From Macrostomum lignano (taxonomy: Eukaryota): 64,000 bases of DNA. The notes beneath the pieces are model-generated. The model was not told where the DNA came from. It searched no databases and was given only the letters and a program-made list of their open reading frames with translations. The position numbers and the translations under genes are program-made. Below are positions 48,281-59,400 of this stretch, piece after piece (within the stretch, counting starts at the first letter, position 1; each line of letters starts with the position of its first letter). The DNA lies in contig NIVC01001983.1 in the NCBI GenBank assembly GCA_002269645.1, forward strand, positions 103,959 through 167,958. The letters run 5' to 3'.

Positions 48281-50506
48281 ATGAGCGACTTGGACAAATG
48301 GATTGAGATTGCCCGCGACTGCAAGTACCTGCCCGAGGGCGACCTGTACAAACTGTGCAACTACGTTAGCGACCTGCTAATTGAAGAGTGCAACGTTCAG
48401 CCAGTTAGCACGCCTGTGACAGTGTGCGGCGATATTCACGGACAGTTCTACGACTTATTGGAATTGTTTCGCACCGGCGGGGAACTGCCGGACACCAACT
48501 ATGTGTTTCTGGGCGACTTTGTTGACAGGTAGGTGTTAATAATTTGCGCTCTCATTGTGGTATACCTACTCTGTTCAGGAATTAGTGACTTATTGGTGCT
48601 TAAAGGGGCTAGTTGTGTGCTCTAAATATATATTATTCTTAAATTCCTAGTTTAAGACCCTACACTCCTAGTTTAAGGCCCTAAACTCATAGTTTAAGAC
48701 CCTACACTCCTAGTTAAAGACCCTAGACTCCTAGTTAAAGACCCTAGACTCCTAGTTTAAGACCATAGACTCCTAATTTGACTCTACTGCTAGTTTAAGA
48801 CCCTACACTCCTAGTTTAAGACCCTACACTCCTAGTTAAAGATCCTAGACTCCTAGTTTAAGACCATAGACTCCTAATTTGACTCTACTGCTAGTTTAAG
48901 ACCCTACACTCCTAGTTTAAGACCCTACACTCCTAGTTTAAGACCCTACACTCCTAGTTTAAGACCCTACACTCCTAGTTTAAGACCCTACACTCCTAGT
49001 TTAAGACCCTACACTCCTAGTTAAAGACCCTAGACTCCTAGTTTAAGACCATAGACTCCTAATTTGACTCTACTGCTAGTTTAAGACCCTACACTCCTAG
49101 TTAAAGACCCTAGACTCCTAGTTTAAGACCATAGACTCCTAATTTGACTCTACTGCTAGTTTAAGACCCTACACTCCTAGTTTAAGACCCTAAACTCATA
49201 GTTTAAGACCCTAGACTCCTAATTTAGGGCCCTAGACTCATAGTTTAAGACCCTAGACTCCTAATTTAGGGCCCTAGACTCATAGTTTAAGACCCTAGAC
49301 TCCTAGTTTAAGACTTTAGACTCCTAGTTTTAGACTCTAGACTCCTAGTTTAAGGTCCTAGACTCCGAGTTTAGCCTCCTAGTTAAATCACTAGCAGCAT
49401 ATTAATTGAATCTATGCATTGAACTCCTTAATCCCAGGGGTCACTACTCTCTGGAGACTTGGACCTACCTGATGGCGCTGAAGGCCAAGTATCCCGATCG
49501 CATTACGCTGCTCCGGGGCAATCATGAATCGCGTCAGATCACCACTGTGTACGGCTTTTATGACGAGTGCATCAACAAATACGGCAACGCCAATCCGTGG
49601 AAGGCCTGCTGCCGAGTGTTCGACCTGCTCACCATTGCTGCCCTGATTGATGAGTCCATCCTGTGCGTCCACGGCGGCCTGTCGCCCGAGATTCGAACTC
49701 TTGACCAGGTGAGTGTACCGGCCTTGACAGTTCTATGATTTTTCAATGGACATCGAGTACTTGACCTGTTTTTTCAAAGGTCATCGAGTACTTGCCCTGC
49801 TTTTTCAAAGGTCATCGAGTACTTGCCCTGCTTTTTCAAAGGTCATCGAGTACTTGCCCTGCTTTTTCAAAGTGCATCGAGTACTTGCCCTGCTTTTTCA
49901 AAGTGCATCGAGTACTTACCCTGCTTTTTCAAAGGGCATCGGGTACTTGCCCTGTTCTTAAAAGGGCATCCAGTACTTTCCCTATTCTTAAAAGGGCATC
50001 TGGTACTTTCCCTCTTCTTGAAAGGGCATCGGGTACTTCCTCTATTCTTAAAAGGGCATCTGGTACTTTCCCTATCCTTCGCCAAGCAAGAGCTACCCCC
50101 TCCGCCGCCGCAGATTCGCACCATAGACCGCCAGCAGGAGATCCCGCACAAGGGCCCGTTCTGCGATCTGGTCTGGAGCGACCCGGACGATGTCGACGGT
50201 TTCGCCATGTCGCCGCGCGGCGCCGGCTATCTGTTTGGCCCGCGCGTGACAGCCGAATTTATGAGCGCCAATCAGTTGAAACTGATCTGCCGAGCCCATC
50301 AGCTGGTGCAGGAGGGCTATAAATTTGTATTCAACGATGCCCTGGTGACAGTCTGGTCGGCCCCGAACTACTGCTACCGGTGCGGCAACGTTGCCGCTGT
50401 GCTGGCCTTGGACAGCGCCGGAGGTCGGGAGCCGAAACTGTTCAACGCTGTGCCGGACGATCAGCGAACTGTGCCGGACAAAACTACTACGCCTTATTTT
50501 CTATGA
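48281..50506 (+). CDS. PPP6C: Serine/threonine-protein phosphatase 6 catalytic subunit (Sit4/PpV ortholog), 303 aa
   Basis: Exons 48281-48528, 49438-49708 and 50114-50506 (912 nt, GT-AG). GDIHG, GDFVDRG, RGNHE and [11 protein letters not shown] motifs; PP6-type [17 protein letters not shown] and QEIPHKG; C-terminal TPYFL. Confidence 0.97.
48650..49380. repeat. 21-bp minisatellite (ctcctagtttaagaccctaca) in PPP6C intron 1
   Basis: Units at 48909, 48930 and 48951, with variant units interspersed. Confidence 0.95.
49745..50075. repeat. 31-bp grading into 30-bp minisatellite in PPP6C intron 2
   Basis: Period 31 (49781, 49812, 49843), then 30 (49931-50051). Confidence 0.93.
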
Positions 50507-50664
50507 AACCGGTGGTTGGCGCAAACTTCTGGCTGATGCGCTGAGGCTAAGTTATATAGACTGGGCTAATGATTGGTTGCTATGTTAAGCTTGTGGCTTT
50601 TTATATTAGTAAATGACCATGTCCGGCTTCAGTTATCAAAGATTATTAAAATTACTTCTCACCG

Positions 50665-51085
50665 GTCATACAGGGTTTTGTAGACTTCTCGTCGGTCATA
50701 GAGGGTGTCGCTGATTTTCCAGTCATACAGGGTGTAACTAATTAACTTTTCGTCGGTCATAGAGGGTGTAGCTAATTTCTTAGTCATAATAATAGGTGTA
50801 GCTGTTTTTTCAGTCATAGAGGGTGTAGCTGATTTTTCAGTCATACAGGGTGTAACTAATTAACTTTTCGTCGGTCATAGAGGGTGTAGCTGATTGTAAG
50901 TCAAATAGGGTGTAGCTGATTTTCATTCATAGAGGGTGTAGCTGATTTTTCAGTCATAGAGGGTGTAACTGATTTTTCATTCATAGAGGGTGTAGCTGAT
51001 TTTTCAGTCATAGAGGGTGTAACTAACCAACTTTTCGTTGGTCATAGAGGGTGTAGCTGAATTCCCAGTCATACATGGGTGTAGT
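50665..51085. repeat. 27-33-bp minisatellite with core tcatagagggtgtagctgat
   Basis: The core recurs about 14 times. Confidence 0.9.
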
Positions 51086-51849
51086 GGATTTGTCCCAGAT
51101 CATACTCATAGATATGATCTTTTCGCCGGCTTTAAAAGCTCAATTCGCATTAGCACTGAAAAAAACTAAAAATGAGAAATTAAGAGAATCGTCTCCTTAG
51201 TAATCTATAAGCGGGCTTGAGTTCTCAATGTGCTCATATCTTGCAATATGATCCAATTTTCGGCACAAGTATCCTAGAAATGCTACGATCAGTGAATATT
51301 AATTAATATTTTTACCAGCCCACTCAGAACATGCCAATGTGATCCAGCTCTCTTTACCTGTGTGAATTCTTTTATCTATAATATATAAATTTTATATAAG
51401 TTTAGTTTAAGCTTTAGTTTATTACTATAAGTAGTGTGTCGAAAATTCGCTCTCTTACTAGTGTCATGTGATTAGTGCATACGAAAAGTACATGCTGGCT
51501 TTCCTATGTAGGGGAGCTCAGTGCGCATCTGCTCTTTGTCATTTTTCCTTCGTTGATTAACCAGGTTAATTGCCGTGTGTACAAAATTAATTTATTAACG
51601 AATACGGAGAATTCATGCGTAACTACTACTGATTAAACTAAATTAAATCTGATGAGATATGATCCTGCGCTCTGAAGAAATTGGTCTATATCCAGACTAT
51701 TCATGTACAAGATGGCTTTGTTATTGTTATTGATTTTTATTACGCTCGTATAGAACTCTGCAAGCGGCCCTCAGCAAGCGAGGAAGGAAAAAGTCATTCT
51801 CATTCTTCTGTGTCCTGAGCATGCATACGGATATGTACACCCACACCGG

Positions 51850-52330
51850 TCATAGCGGGTGTAGCTAGCTGACTTCTCGGTCATAGAGGGTGAAACTGTA
51901 GTTGACTTCTCGGTCATAGGGGGTGAAATTGTAGTTGACTTCTCGATCATAGAGGGTGAAACTGTAGTTGACTCTCGGTCAAAAAGGGTGAAACTGTTAG
52001 TTGACTTCTCGGTCATAAAGGGTGTAGTGGGTTTCTCGGTTCATAGAGTATAGCTTGGGTTCTCAATCATAGAGGGTGTGACTGTAGCTGACTTCTCGGT
52101 CATAGCGGGTGTAACTAGCTGGCTTCTCAATCACAGCGGGTAACTGTAGCAGTGTAGCTGACTTCGTCGTCATAGCGGGTGTAATTGTATCTGACTTCTC
52201 GGTCATAGAGGGTGTAACTGTACCTGACTTCTCGGTCATAGAGGGTGAAACTGTAGCAGTGTAGCAGACTTCCCCATCATAGAGGTTGTAAGTCAGCCTT
52301 CTCGGTCAATTGTCATAGAGGGTGCAGCTG
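51850..52330. repeat. ~33-bp minisatellite (ggtcatagagggtgaaactgtagttgacttctc), related to the 50.7-kb array
   Basis: Shares the tcatagagggtg core. Confidence 0.88.
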
Positions 52331-53049
52331 ACTGCGAAGGCCTGTTAACCCATGAGAAAGAGTGCTTTACCCATCTGTCATCGCAGTACTTGATAAATTC
52401 AGCAGTTCTATCTCAACTAAGCGTGCCATTAAAACCTCATCACTCTCATTAATAAAGCTTATCGTTTGGAGGCTGGGACCTCCATTGAGTCGCACGCGAT
52501 TTCTCTCGAATCAATTTCATACCTGCCGAGCGGGGATGCGTGCTTGGGACAGCGTGCAGGGCAAGGAGCTCGTCAGTAGGATTTGAAAGCCAACACTCTT
52601 GGTAAGGAATTGCTTTTGTCAGGCCCTGTCAGAGTCGATAGACAGAAAGCCTCTCTTGCCCAGTGAGCGAACATTGTCGGGGGGGAGACCTCGTTGCACG
52701 GCATCAGGTGATGCTCCTGCGATCGGCAGGTGGGGGGGCGACCATCTGCTTGAGCTGGCTGCGTGGCGTGTGAGACAGTGAGTGTTTTTTTGTTTCAATT
52801 TCTGTGCACCTGGCTGTCTGAGCCTCTGCATTCGCCGCCCCCCCCCCGCCCTCATTAAGCGGCTCAGCGAGACTCAGAATCCCAATAAGGTGTTGATTTC
52901 TTGTTTTTTAAGCCGCTGCAGGAGTTTAGCGACTGCCGCCCCCTCAATCCACAAATCATTTTACCCTAATGTATGCTCGAATTCGCTTCTATCTTACGAA
53001 TTTTGTCATCTCTGATGTACATTCTGGCTGTTCCAGACACAACTTATGT

Positions 53050-53645
53050 ACAGTTGTCTTTGAGCACTCCTCTAGTCTGATGTCCAAGTCTTGTAGTTGT
53101 GTCTTTGAGCACTCCTCTAGTCTGATGTCCAAGTCTTATAGTTGTGTCTTTGAGCACTCCTCTAGTCTGATGTCCAAGTCTTATAGTTGTGTCTTTGAGC
53201 ACTCCTCTAGTCTGATGTCCAAGTCTTATAGTTGTGTCTTTGAGCACTCCTCTAGTCTGATGTCCAAGTCTTGTAGTTGTGTCTTTGAGCACTCCTCTAG
53301 TCTGATGTCCAAGTCTTATAGTTGTGTCTTTGAGCACTCCTCTAGTCTGATGTCCAAGTCTTGTAGTTGTGTCTTTGAGCACTCCTCTAGTCTGATGTCC
53401 AAGTCTTATAATTGTGTCTTTGAGCACTCCTCTAGTCTGATGTCCAAGTCTTATAGTTGTGTCTTTGAGCACTCCTCTAGTCTGATGTCCAAGTCTTATA
53501 GTTGTGTCTTTGAGCACTCCTCTAGTCTGATGTCCAAGTCTTATAGTTGTGTCTTTGAGCACTCCTCTAGTCTGATGTCCAAGTCTTATAGTTGTGTCTT
53601 TGAGCACTCCTCTAGTCTGATGTCCAAGTCTTATAGTAATGTCTT
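53050..53645. repeat. 45-bp minisatellite, ~13 copies
   Basis: gtctttgagcactcctctagtctgatgtccaagtctt(a/g)tagttgt; units at 53101 and 53146. Confidence 0.98.
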
Positions 53646-56027
53646 CCAGTCCACCTTGAGTCTGGTGCAGATGCCTTAGATTTGAGTCCACTTCGAGTCT
53701 TTTAGCTTAATCTTAATGTCTTCATGCATGCAACCCTTGCGCACCGTCTGCAATTATACTATAGTACAAAGCCATCAGCAAAGGTATGAATAATTACGTA
53801 GCCAAAAAATCCTTTGCAGAATTTTTCTCACCAAGGCCAAACTGAGAAAGTCAAAGGCAGGCGCCACGTCAACGCTGTTGAATTTCAAAGGATTTATAAT
53901 TGCATCTTATACTGAACGCGGGGAATATGCAAAAAGCACATTTCTTTTCTTGAAAATTAGAATATCATATTTATTCACTCTACACAACTAGTCAAAAACC
54001 GGTGCTGACGGTGGACATGAGCACACAAGCTCGCCAATACTGTACTCAGGCACGCATTCATGCAGTCGCTCACACTGGGTGCACAGCGGCCCTTTTGACT
54101 TTCTAATCGTCAGGCATGTGCATGGAGATGCGTTTACCGCTTGAGCTGCTCTGCCCCACCTTCGGGAATATTAATTATCTAATATTGATAAATCATGGTA
54201 GAATCAAAGGGAGAATAAAGAGTCAGGGGTAAGTCATGGCTTAATTGGGAGGCTTTGATGCCAAAGCTCACAGGGGATATCGATGTCTTAGGCAAGGATA
54301 GCTGGCTTCCAGGGCTGATGCTTTTTTGCTTGAAACATCACTTTGTGCGATTACTAACAATTGTGATTTTATCGGGTCAAGAGCTGCACACCTTGAAGCA
54401 ACTGCACATTTGGCCGCTAATTTATGCAGCTCTGCGGATCCAAGGACTGCTCAAATCTTAAGCAGCCTTAAAAGCCGCAGTAGAAAACTTTTGAATTTAA
54501 ATAAACAAAAAATGGCTCAGGAGAAATTTAATTTTTTTCTCAGTTTTAATAGAATACAACTTAATATATTTAGCAAAGCTCTCTGTGGGGCCGTCTGTAC
54601 ATTACTGTATCACAGGTACAACGTAAATCAATTGACAATGTTATTAATAAACATACATGTACGAACTACTTTGTATACACAGAAATGCACAAGGACACAT
54701 TTATACTTGGTAAAGTATAGCGACACATTGGAATTAGACTATACGGAATGATACATATCAGTCAAAATATGGACCTTACTGAGAGTCGAGGACGTTTGCT
54801 CTTCATTACTGATAGGACACTAGCACTTACACTCAGCAATAACATTTACACCATCCCGAAGCCAGTGGTCAACTGTTCTCAGCCCCCCAACTTCACACCA
54901 CGCCCGCGCGGTTCTGGGTGATGCAGCTTAGGCTGGTGAGCCGAGAGTAGAGAGTTATGGCTTGAGTTGGATTAGCTCGTAGAGCTGCCCACTTGTTGAC
55001 CATTGATTTCTGGGTGGAAACTTGAAAGATGTTGCTGTGTGCACTTCTGAATGAACAGCTCAAAAACACAGACAGATATAGTGAGCAAGCGAAACCAGTA
55101 GAAAATAAATGGCATTGGCAGTGGAACTCGTTACACTATATCAAATAGGTTAGAGTTTTCCAAGAGACCAGGATTAGATCAAAATGCAACAACAAGGATT
55201 CAGTAGATCGCTAACTCGGCTGGGGGGGGGGAGGCGCAGTGGTGACAGGTTTTCTTCAACAATACTTTGGTTTTGCCACTATTGCTGCTTGGTTGGAGAA
55301 AAATCGCCCACTTTGCACGGGTTTGGCCCAGCCATTTTTCACTCTTACAACACAGCCAGTTCTGCACACTCTCGAATAATTGACAAATTAACTTTTTTAG
55401 CTGCGGGAAGTGGCCGCTAATTACTCTACACCCAGTGACCGCAGCTCGGGACACAACAAATTCGTCGGCCGGTTCGACATGACTTCAAAACTCGTCACTG
55501 TTATGGTGGAATTCTTGCAGTTCGCTTGTGACAGAAGATTAATTAGCGAGTGTGGTGCAGCGCTGCTATTGGCATGCAATGGGATATTTTGGTGGCGCAG
55601 TTTCAAAATTTAAACAATACACAATGGGATTTAATAATGGCAGTTTTCGTTAGAAATAGTTGGACGAAATTGAGGGATTAGCACACGAGGAGCACCAGAA
55701 CTGCTGAAGCAGAGGGACGCCGTAAGTTTTCACTTTTTAGCAACAAGGGGAGCCGCCATCACGCGACTTTTGTCCAATTTTGATCCGGCAAGCTTTGCAA
55801 AGATTTGCTTTCACACTCATCGCTGAGTGGGGTTCCGCCATAGACAAATTTGGTAGAAACAAATCCACTAAAAGTATCGAAACAGCAGAAATTTTGTGGA
55901 AACTTTGCTCCTGGGAAGTCCTGGGATTTGTTGCTAAAAAACTGAAAAACTTTCTGTCTCGCCAATGCGTGTGCAGCGTCCCTCTGCTTTTAGCTGTCTA
56001 GTGCAAGGGGAAGCCGTGACAACCAAC

Positions 56028-57275
56028 TCAGCTGCTGCCGCCCGGCTCAAACAGTTCCGAATAGGCCGGCGGCGGGTTCTGCAAGTCCTGCTGCTGCTCC
56101 TGCTGTGCCTGCTCGTAGCTTGGCGGAGCGGCGCTGAAGGGCCCGGGCGGGGGCGCCTGCTCCCGGTAGCTCGGCAGGATGAGGTCGGTCGGCGACACGA
56201 CGTTGATGCTCTCTGCGCAGCTCAGCGACAGGAAGGAGCCGGTGCGCTCGCGGCCTCGCCTGTCTCGCCGCCGCCGTCGCCTACCGTGACGGCCCGCTCC
56301 GCCGCCGCTACCGCCACCCTCGCTGCTGTCATAGTCTTCCGTGTCGTCAAAATCTGCCAAATAGTCGTTGTGTGCCCCGGCTCCGCCTACAGCGCCTCTG
56401 GCCCGGTCGTAGCTTAAAGCGACGCCGATACGAAGGTTCGATTCGCCAAAATCGAGGCCCAGCCGAGTTCGGAGCGAAGCGAAGGCCTGCGCGACTCCGG
56501 AGCACAGCTTGGAGCAGTGAGTGCAGAGGCGGCAGCCGTAGGCGGCCACAATGAGGCATATGAGCAGAAAGGCGCACACCAGGACGCCGTTCCACAGCCG
56601 GTTCGAAGTCAGGCTGTCCGCCGCTACTTCGCTCGCTGCTCTTGTCTGCTGCGCCGCCACCGCGCCAGGCGAGCACGGACCGCCGCGCGTTGGGCTGCAC
56701 CAGGAGGAGCACGGCCGGATCTGAGAGGGCCAGGAGGCTCCGGGACAACGGCACTGGCAGGTGGCCGCGCAGTCGGGTCCGAAGCAGTCCCGTCCGGCCT
56801 GCTTGAACTCGGCCGAGCACTGGGCGCAACCCCCGGTGCCACCGCCGCCGCCGCCGCAGTCTCGACCGCTGCGAACGCCCCTGGCGCAGCGAAAGTCCCG
56901 CACGGCCTCCCCGCCGGCCGACTTGTTCTCCAGGTGGGCGCAGACGCAGCTGACGCCAGCCAGCGACCAGCAGAGATCGATGCCAGTCTGCAGAGTTTGC
57001 ATCTTCCGGCTGCTGCCATTGAACAATCGCTGCACCAGATGCTGCTTGGCTGGCTGAGTCAGCTGAACAGCCAGTTTGGCGATGCTGCTGTCGCCAGTGG
57101 CCAGCCGAAGCAGCACCTGGTCCGCCGGCTGGGACTCGATCTCGCGCAGCAGCGCCTGGTCGCCATCAAATCCCGGCTGCTGCGGCTGCCGGCTTGAATT
57201 GCAGAGCCGGCACAGAACCGCGGCAAGCAGCAGCACCGTTCCGGTGGCAGCTGTCAGTCTCGCTACTATCGGCAT
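56028..57275 (-). CDS. Uncharacterised single-pass membrane protein with a Cys-rich (EGF-like) ectodomain segment and three cytoplasmic PY motifs
   Basis: 415-aa GC-rich ORF: N-terminal hydrophobic segment, CFGPDCAATCQC, TM VLVCAFLLICLIVAAYGC, acidic and Arg-rich tail, LPSY/PPSY/PPAY. AG immediately precedes the ATG, so an upstream exon is possible. Confidence 0.72.
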   Translation of the reverse strand: MPIVARLTAATGTVLLLAAVLCRLCNSSRQPQQPGFDGDQALLREIESQPADQVLLRLATGDSSIAKLAVQLTQPAKQHLVQRLFNGSSRKMQTLQTGIDLCWSLAGVSCVCAHLENKSAGGEAVRDFRCARGVRSGRDCGGGGGGTGGCAQCSAEFKQAGRDCFGPDCAATCQCRCPGASWPSQIRPCSSWCSPTRGGPCSPGAVAAQQTRAASEVAADSLTSNRLWNGVLVCAFLLICLIVAAYGCRLCTHCSKLCSGVAQAFASLRTRLGLDFGESNLRIGVALSYDRARGAVGGAGAHNDYLADFDDTEDYDSSEGGGSGGGAGRHGRRRRRRDRRGRERTGSFLSLSCAESINVVSPTDLILPSYREQAPPPGPFSAAPPSYEQAQQEQQQDLQNPPPAYSELFEPGGSS

Positions 57276-58589
57276 CTGCTTGGCAGACAGGGTCAGTTAT
57301 TTGGCTGTGCTTGAATATGTTTGGCTGTGCTTCCTCAGCTGAAATCAGTTCCCTTGTTCAGTCGGGGCGCGTATCTCCTCACATGAGGCCGGCCGGCTTT
57401 GTAGGGAGAGAGAGAGAGAGATTTGCTCGGGGGCGCGCAAAGCGGAGGTGAGATTGATTGCACGCCGCGAGCTACCTATTGAAACTTGCCTGAGAACAGG
57501 AGAAACTGAGGTGGTTGATGAGGCTGATACTCTGCTGCTGCAGCTGCTGCTAAGAAACAGTCAATAGCGCCTGGCGCTCAAATATGGGGTGGGTGGGTTG
57601 AGTTTCGCGATGCCAATCTCCTTTTCCTTCGCTTGTCCCCCGATTTGCTTCTCTGCAATCCCCGTGCCATCCTTGGCCTCTCCCTCCTGTTCTCCCGCCT
57701 GTTCTTCCTGCTACCCTCTTGCTCTCCCTGGCCAATGCCAGCTCCGATGGAGACTGAGAAGCAGAGAGCATGCAGGCCCAAGCCGCTGTGTTTGTACTCA
57801 CTGTGTTTTGGCAGTACGCGGATGCTGGGGGAAGGGGGTTAGCCAGCCCAGCCTCTCTGCCCTCATCCTTGCCTCCTTGCGCCTAAGTCGCGACCCCCCC
57901 CCCAACCCGTCGTACATTTCGTCTCGAGCTCCGTTCCGTCTGAATTGTCGCCACGGGCCCTTTTAACTCGCGGGCATGAATTCGCAAGCATGAATTCCCG
58001 TTGCAGTACAGCATGCAGGCCTGCTGCCCTGCGGAGCTCTGTAGCTCTCTTTCTTCTCTGCCGTCTGTGAGACCGTTTCTCCCCAGCTCCCGCATGCCCC
58101 CTTCCTCGCAGGTTCTGAAGCCCAGCTTTCCCAACATGCTTGAGCGTGGATTTCATTTTATATACAGTTTGTCTTGTAGTAGCTTAGAAGCTAGAAATGG
58201 ATATCCTGCCAAATAGGGGAAGCCCTATGGCTCGGTTGCCCCTATGCCGCGGTACTCTTGCACGCAAATTTTAGAAGCCTTAGAACCGGCGGGCGTGGCA
58301 CCTTTGACAAAGCTTTTTACCTGCCTGTTATTATCAGATAGCTATTACACTGCCCGAAGCTGGAATGCTGGCAATTATAACAAAAATCTCTCAATGCCTT
58401 ACCGGGTACAGCTAGCAATTACGTCCAACAAGAAAATATATTAAATTTATTCCATTTTCATTATTTCAATTGCGTCACTCGTCATTACGACCTAATTTCG
58501 CACCTAAGGGCGGCTTTGGGCGTCATGGGTGTTCTGTTGACTGTTAAGGCTTCCAACAATGTAGAAGGTTTAAGCAGTGATATCTGTAT

Positions 58590-59400
58590 TAGACAATGGA
58601 ATCACCTGTCAAACAGATATTGGAATCACCTGTCAGACAGATATTGGAATCACCTGTCAGACAGATATTGGAATCACCTGTCAGACAGATATTGGAATCA
58701 CCTGTCAGACAGATATTGGAATCACCTGTCAGACAGATATTGGAATCGCCTGTCAGACAGATATTGGAATCGCCTGTCAGACAGATATTGGAATCACCTG
58801 TCAGACAGATATTGGAATCACCTGTCAGACAGATATTGGAATCACCTGTCAGACAGATATTGGAATCGCCTGTCAGACAGATATTGGAATCACCTGTCAG
58901 ACAGATATTGGAATCGCCTGTCAGACAGATATTGGAATCACCTGTCAGACAGATATTGGAATCACCTGTCAGACAGATATTGGAATCGCCTGTCAGACAG
59001 ATATTGGAATCGCCTGTCAGACAAATATTGGAATCACCTGTCAGACAGATATTGGAATCACCTGTCAGACAGATATTGGAATCGCCTGTCAGACAGATAT
59101 TGGAATCGCCTGTCAGACAGATATTGGAATCGCCTGTCAGACAGATATTGGAATCACCTGTCAGACAGATATTGGAATCACCTGTCAGACAGATATTGGA
59201 ATCGCCTGTCAGACAGATATTGGAATCACCTGTCAGACAGATATTGGAATCACCTGTCAGACAGATATTGGAATCGCCTGTCAGACAGATATTGGAATCA
59301 CCTGTCAGACAGTGGAATCACCTGTCAGTCAGTGGAATCACCTGTCAGTCAGTAGAATCACCTGTCAGTCAGTGGAATCAGACAGTGGAATCACCTGCCA
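58590..59400. repeat. 24-bp minisatellite (gatattggaatc[a/g]cctgtcagaca), ~30 copies, ending in shorter variants
   Basis: Exact periodicity; open in all three plus frames. Confidence 0.99.

Noticed and set aside
52360-52960. GC-rich patch resembling an exon or structured RNA
   Set aside because: No convincing ORF, tRNA/rRNA/snRNA motif or terminal repeats recognised.
55200-55580. Possible hAT MITE starting cagtag with a G-run
   Set aside because: The right terminus matches poorly and no TSD was found.
55965-57197. Plus-strand ORFs of 150 and 226 aa opposite the membrane-protein gene
   Set aside because: Ala/Arg-rich antisense frames; the minus frame has the coherent signal-TM-PY architecture.
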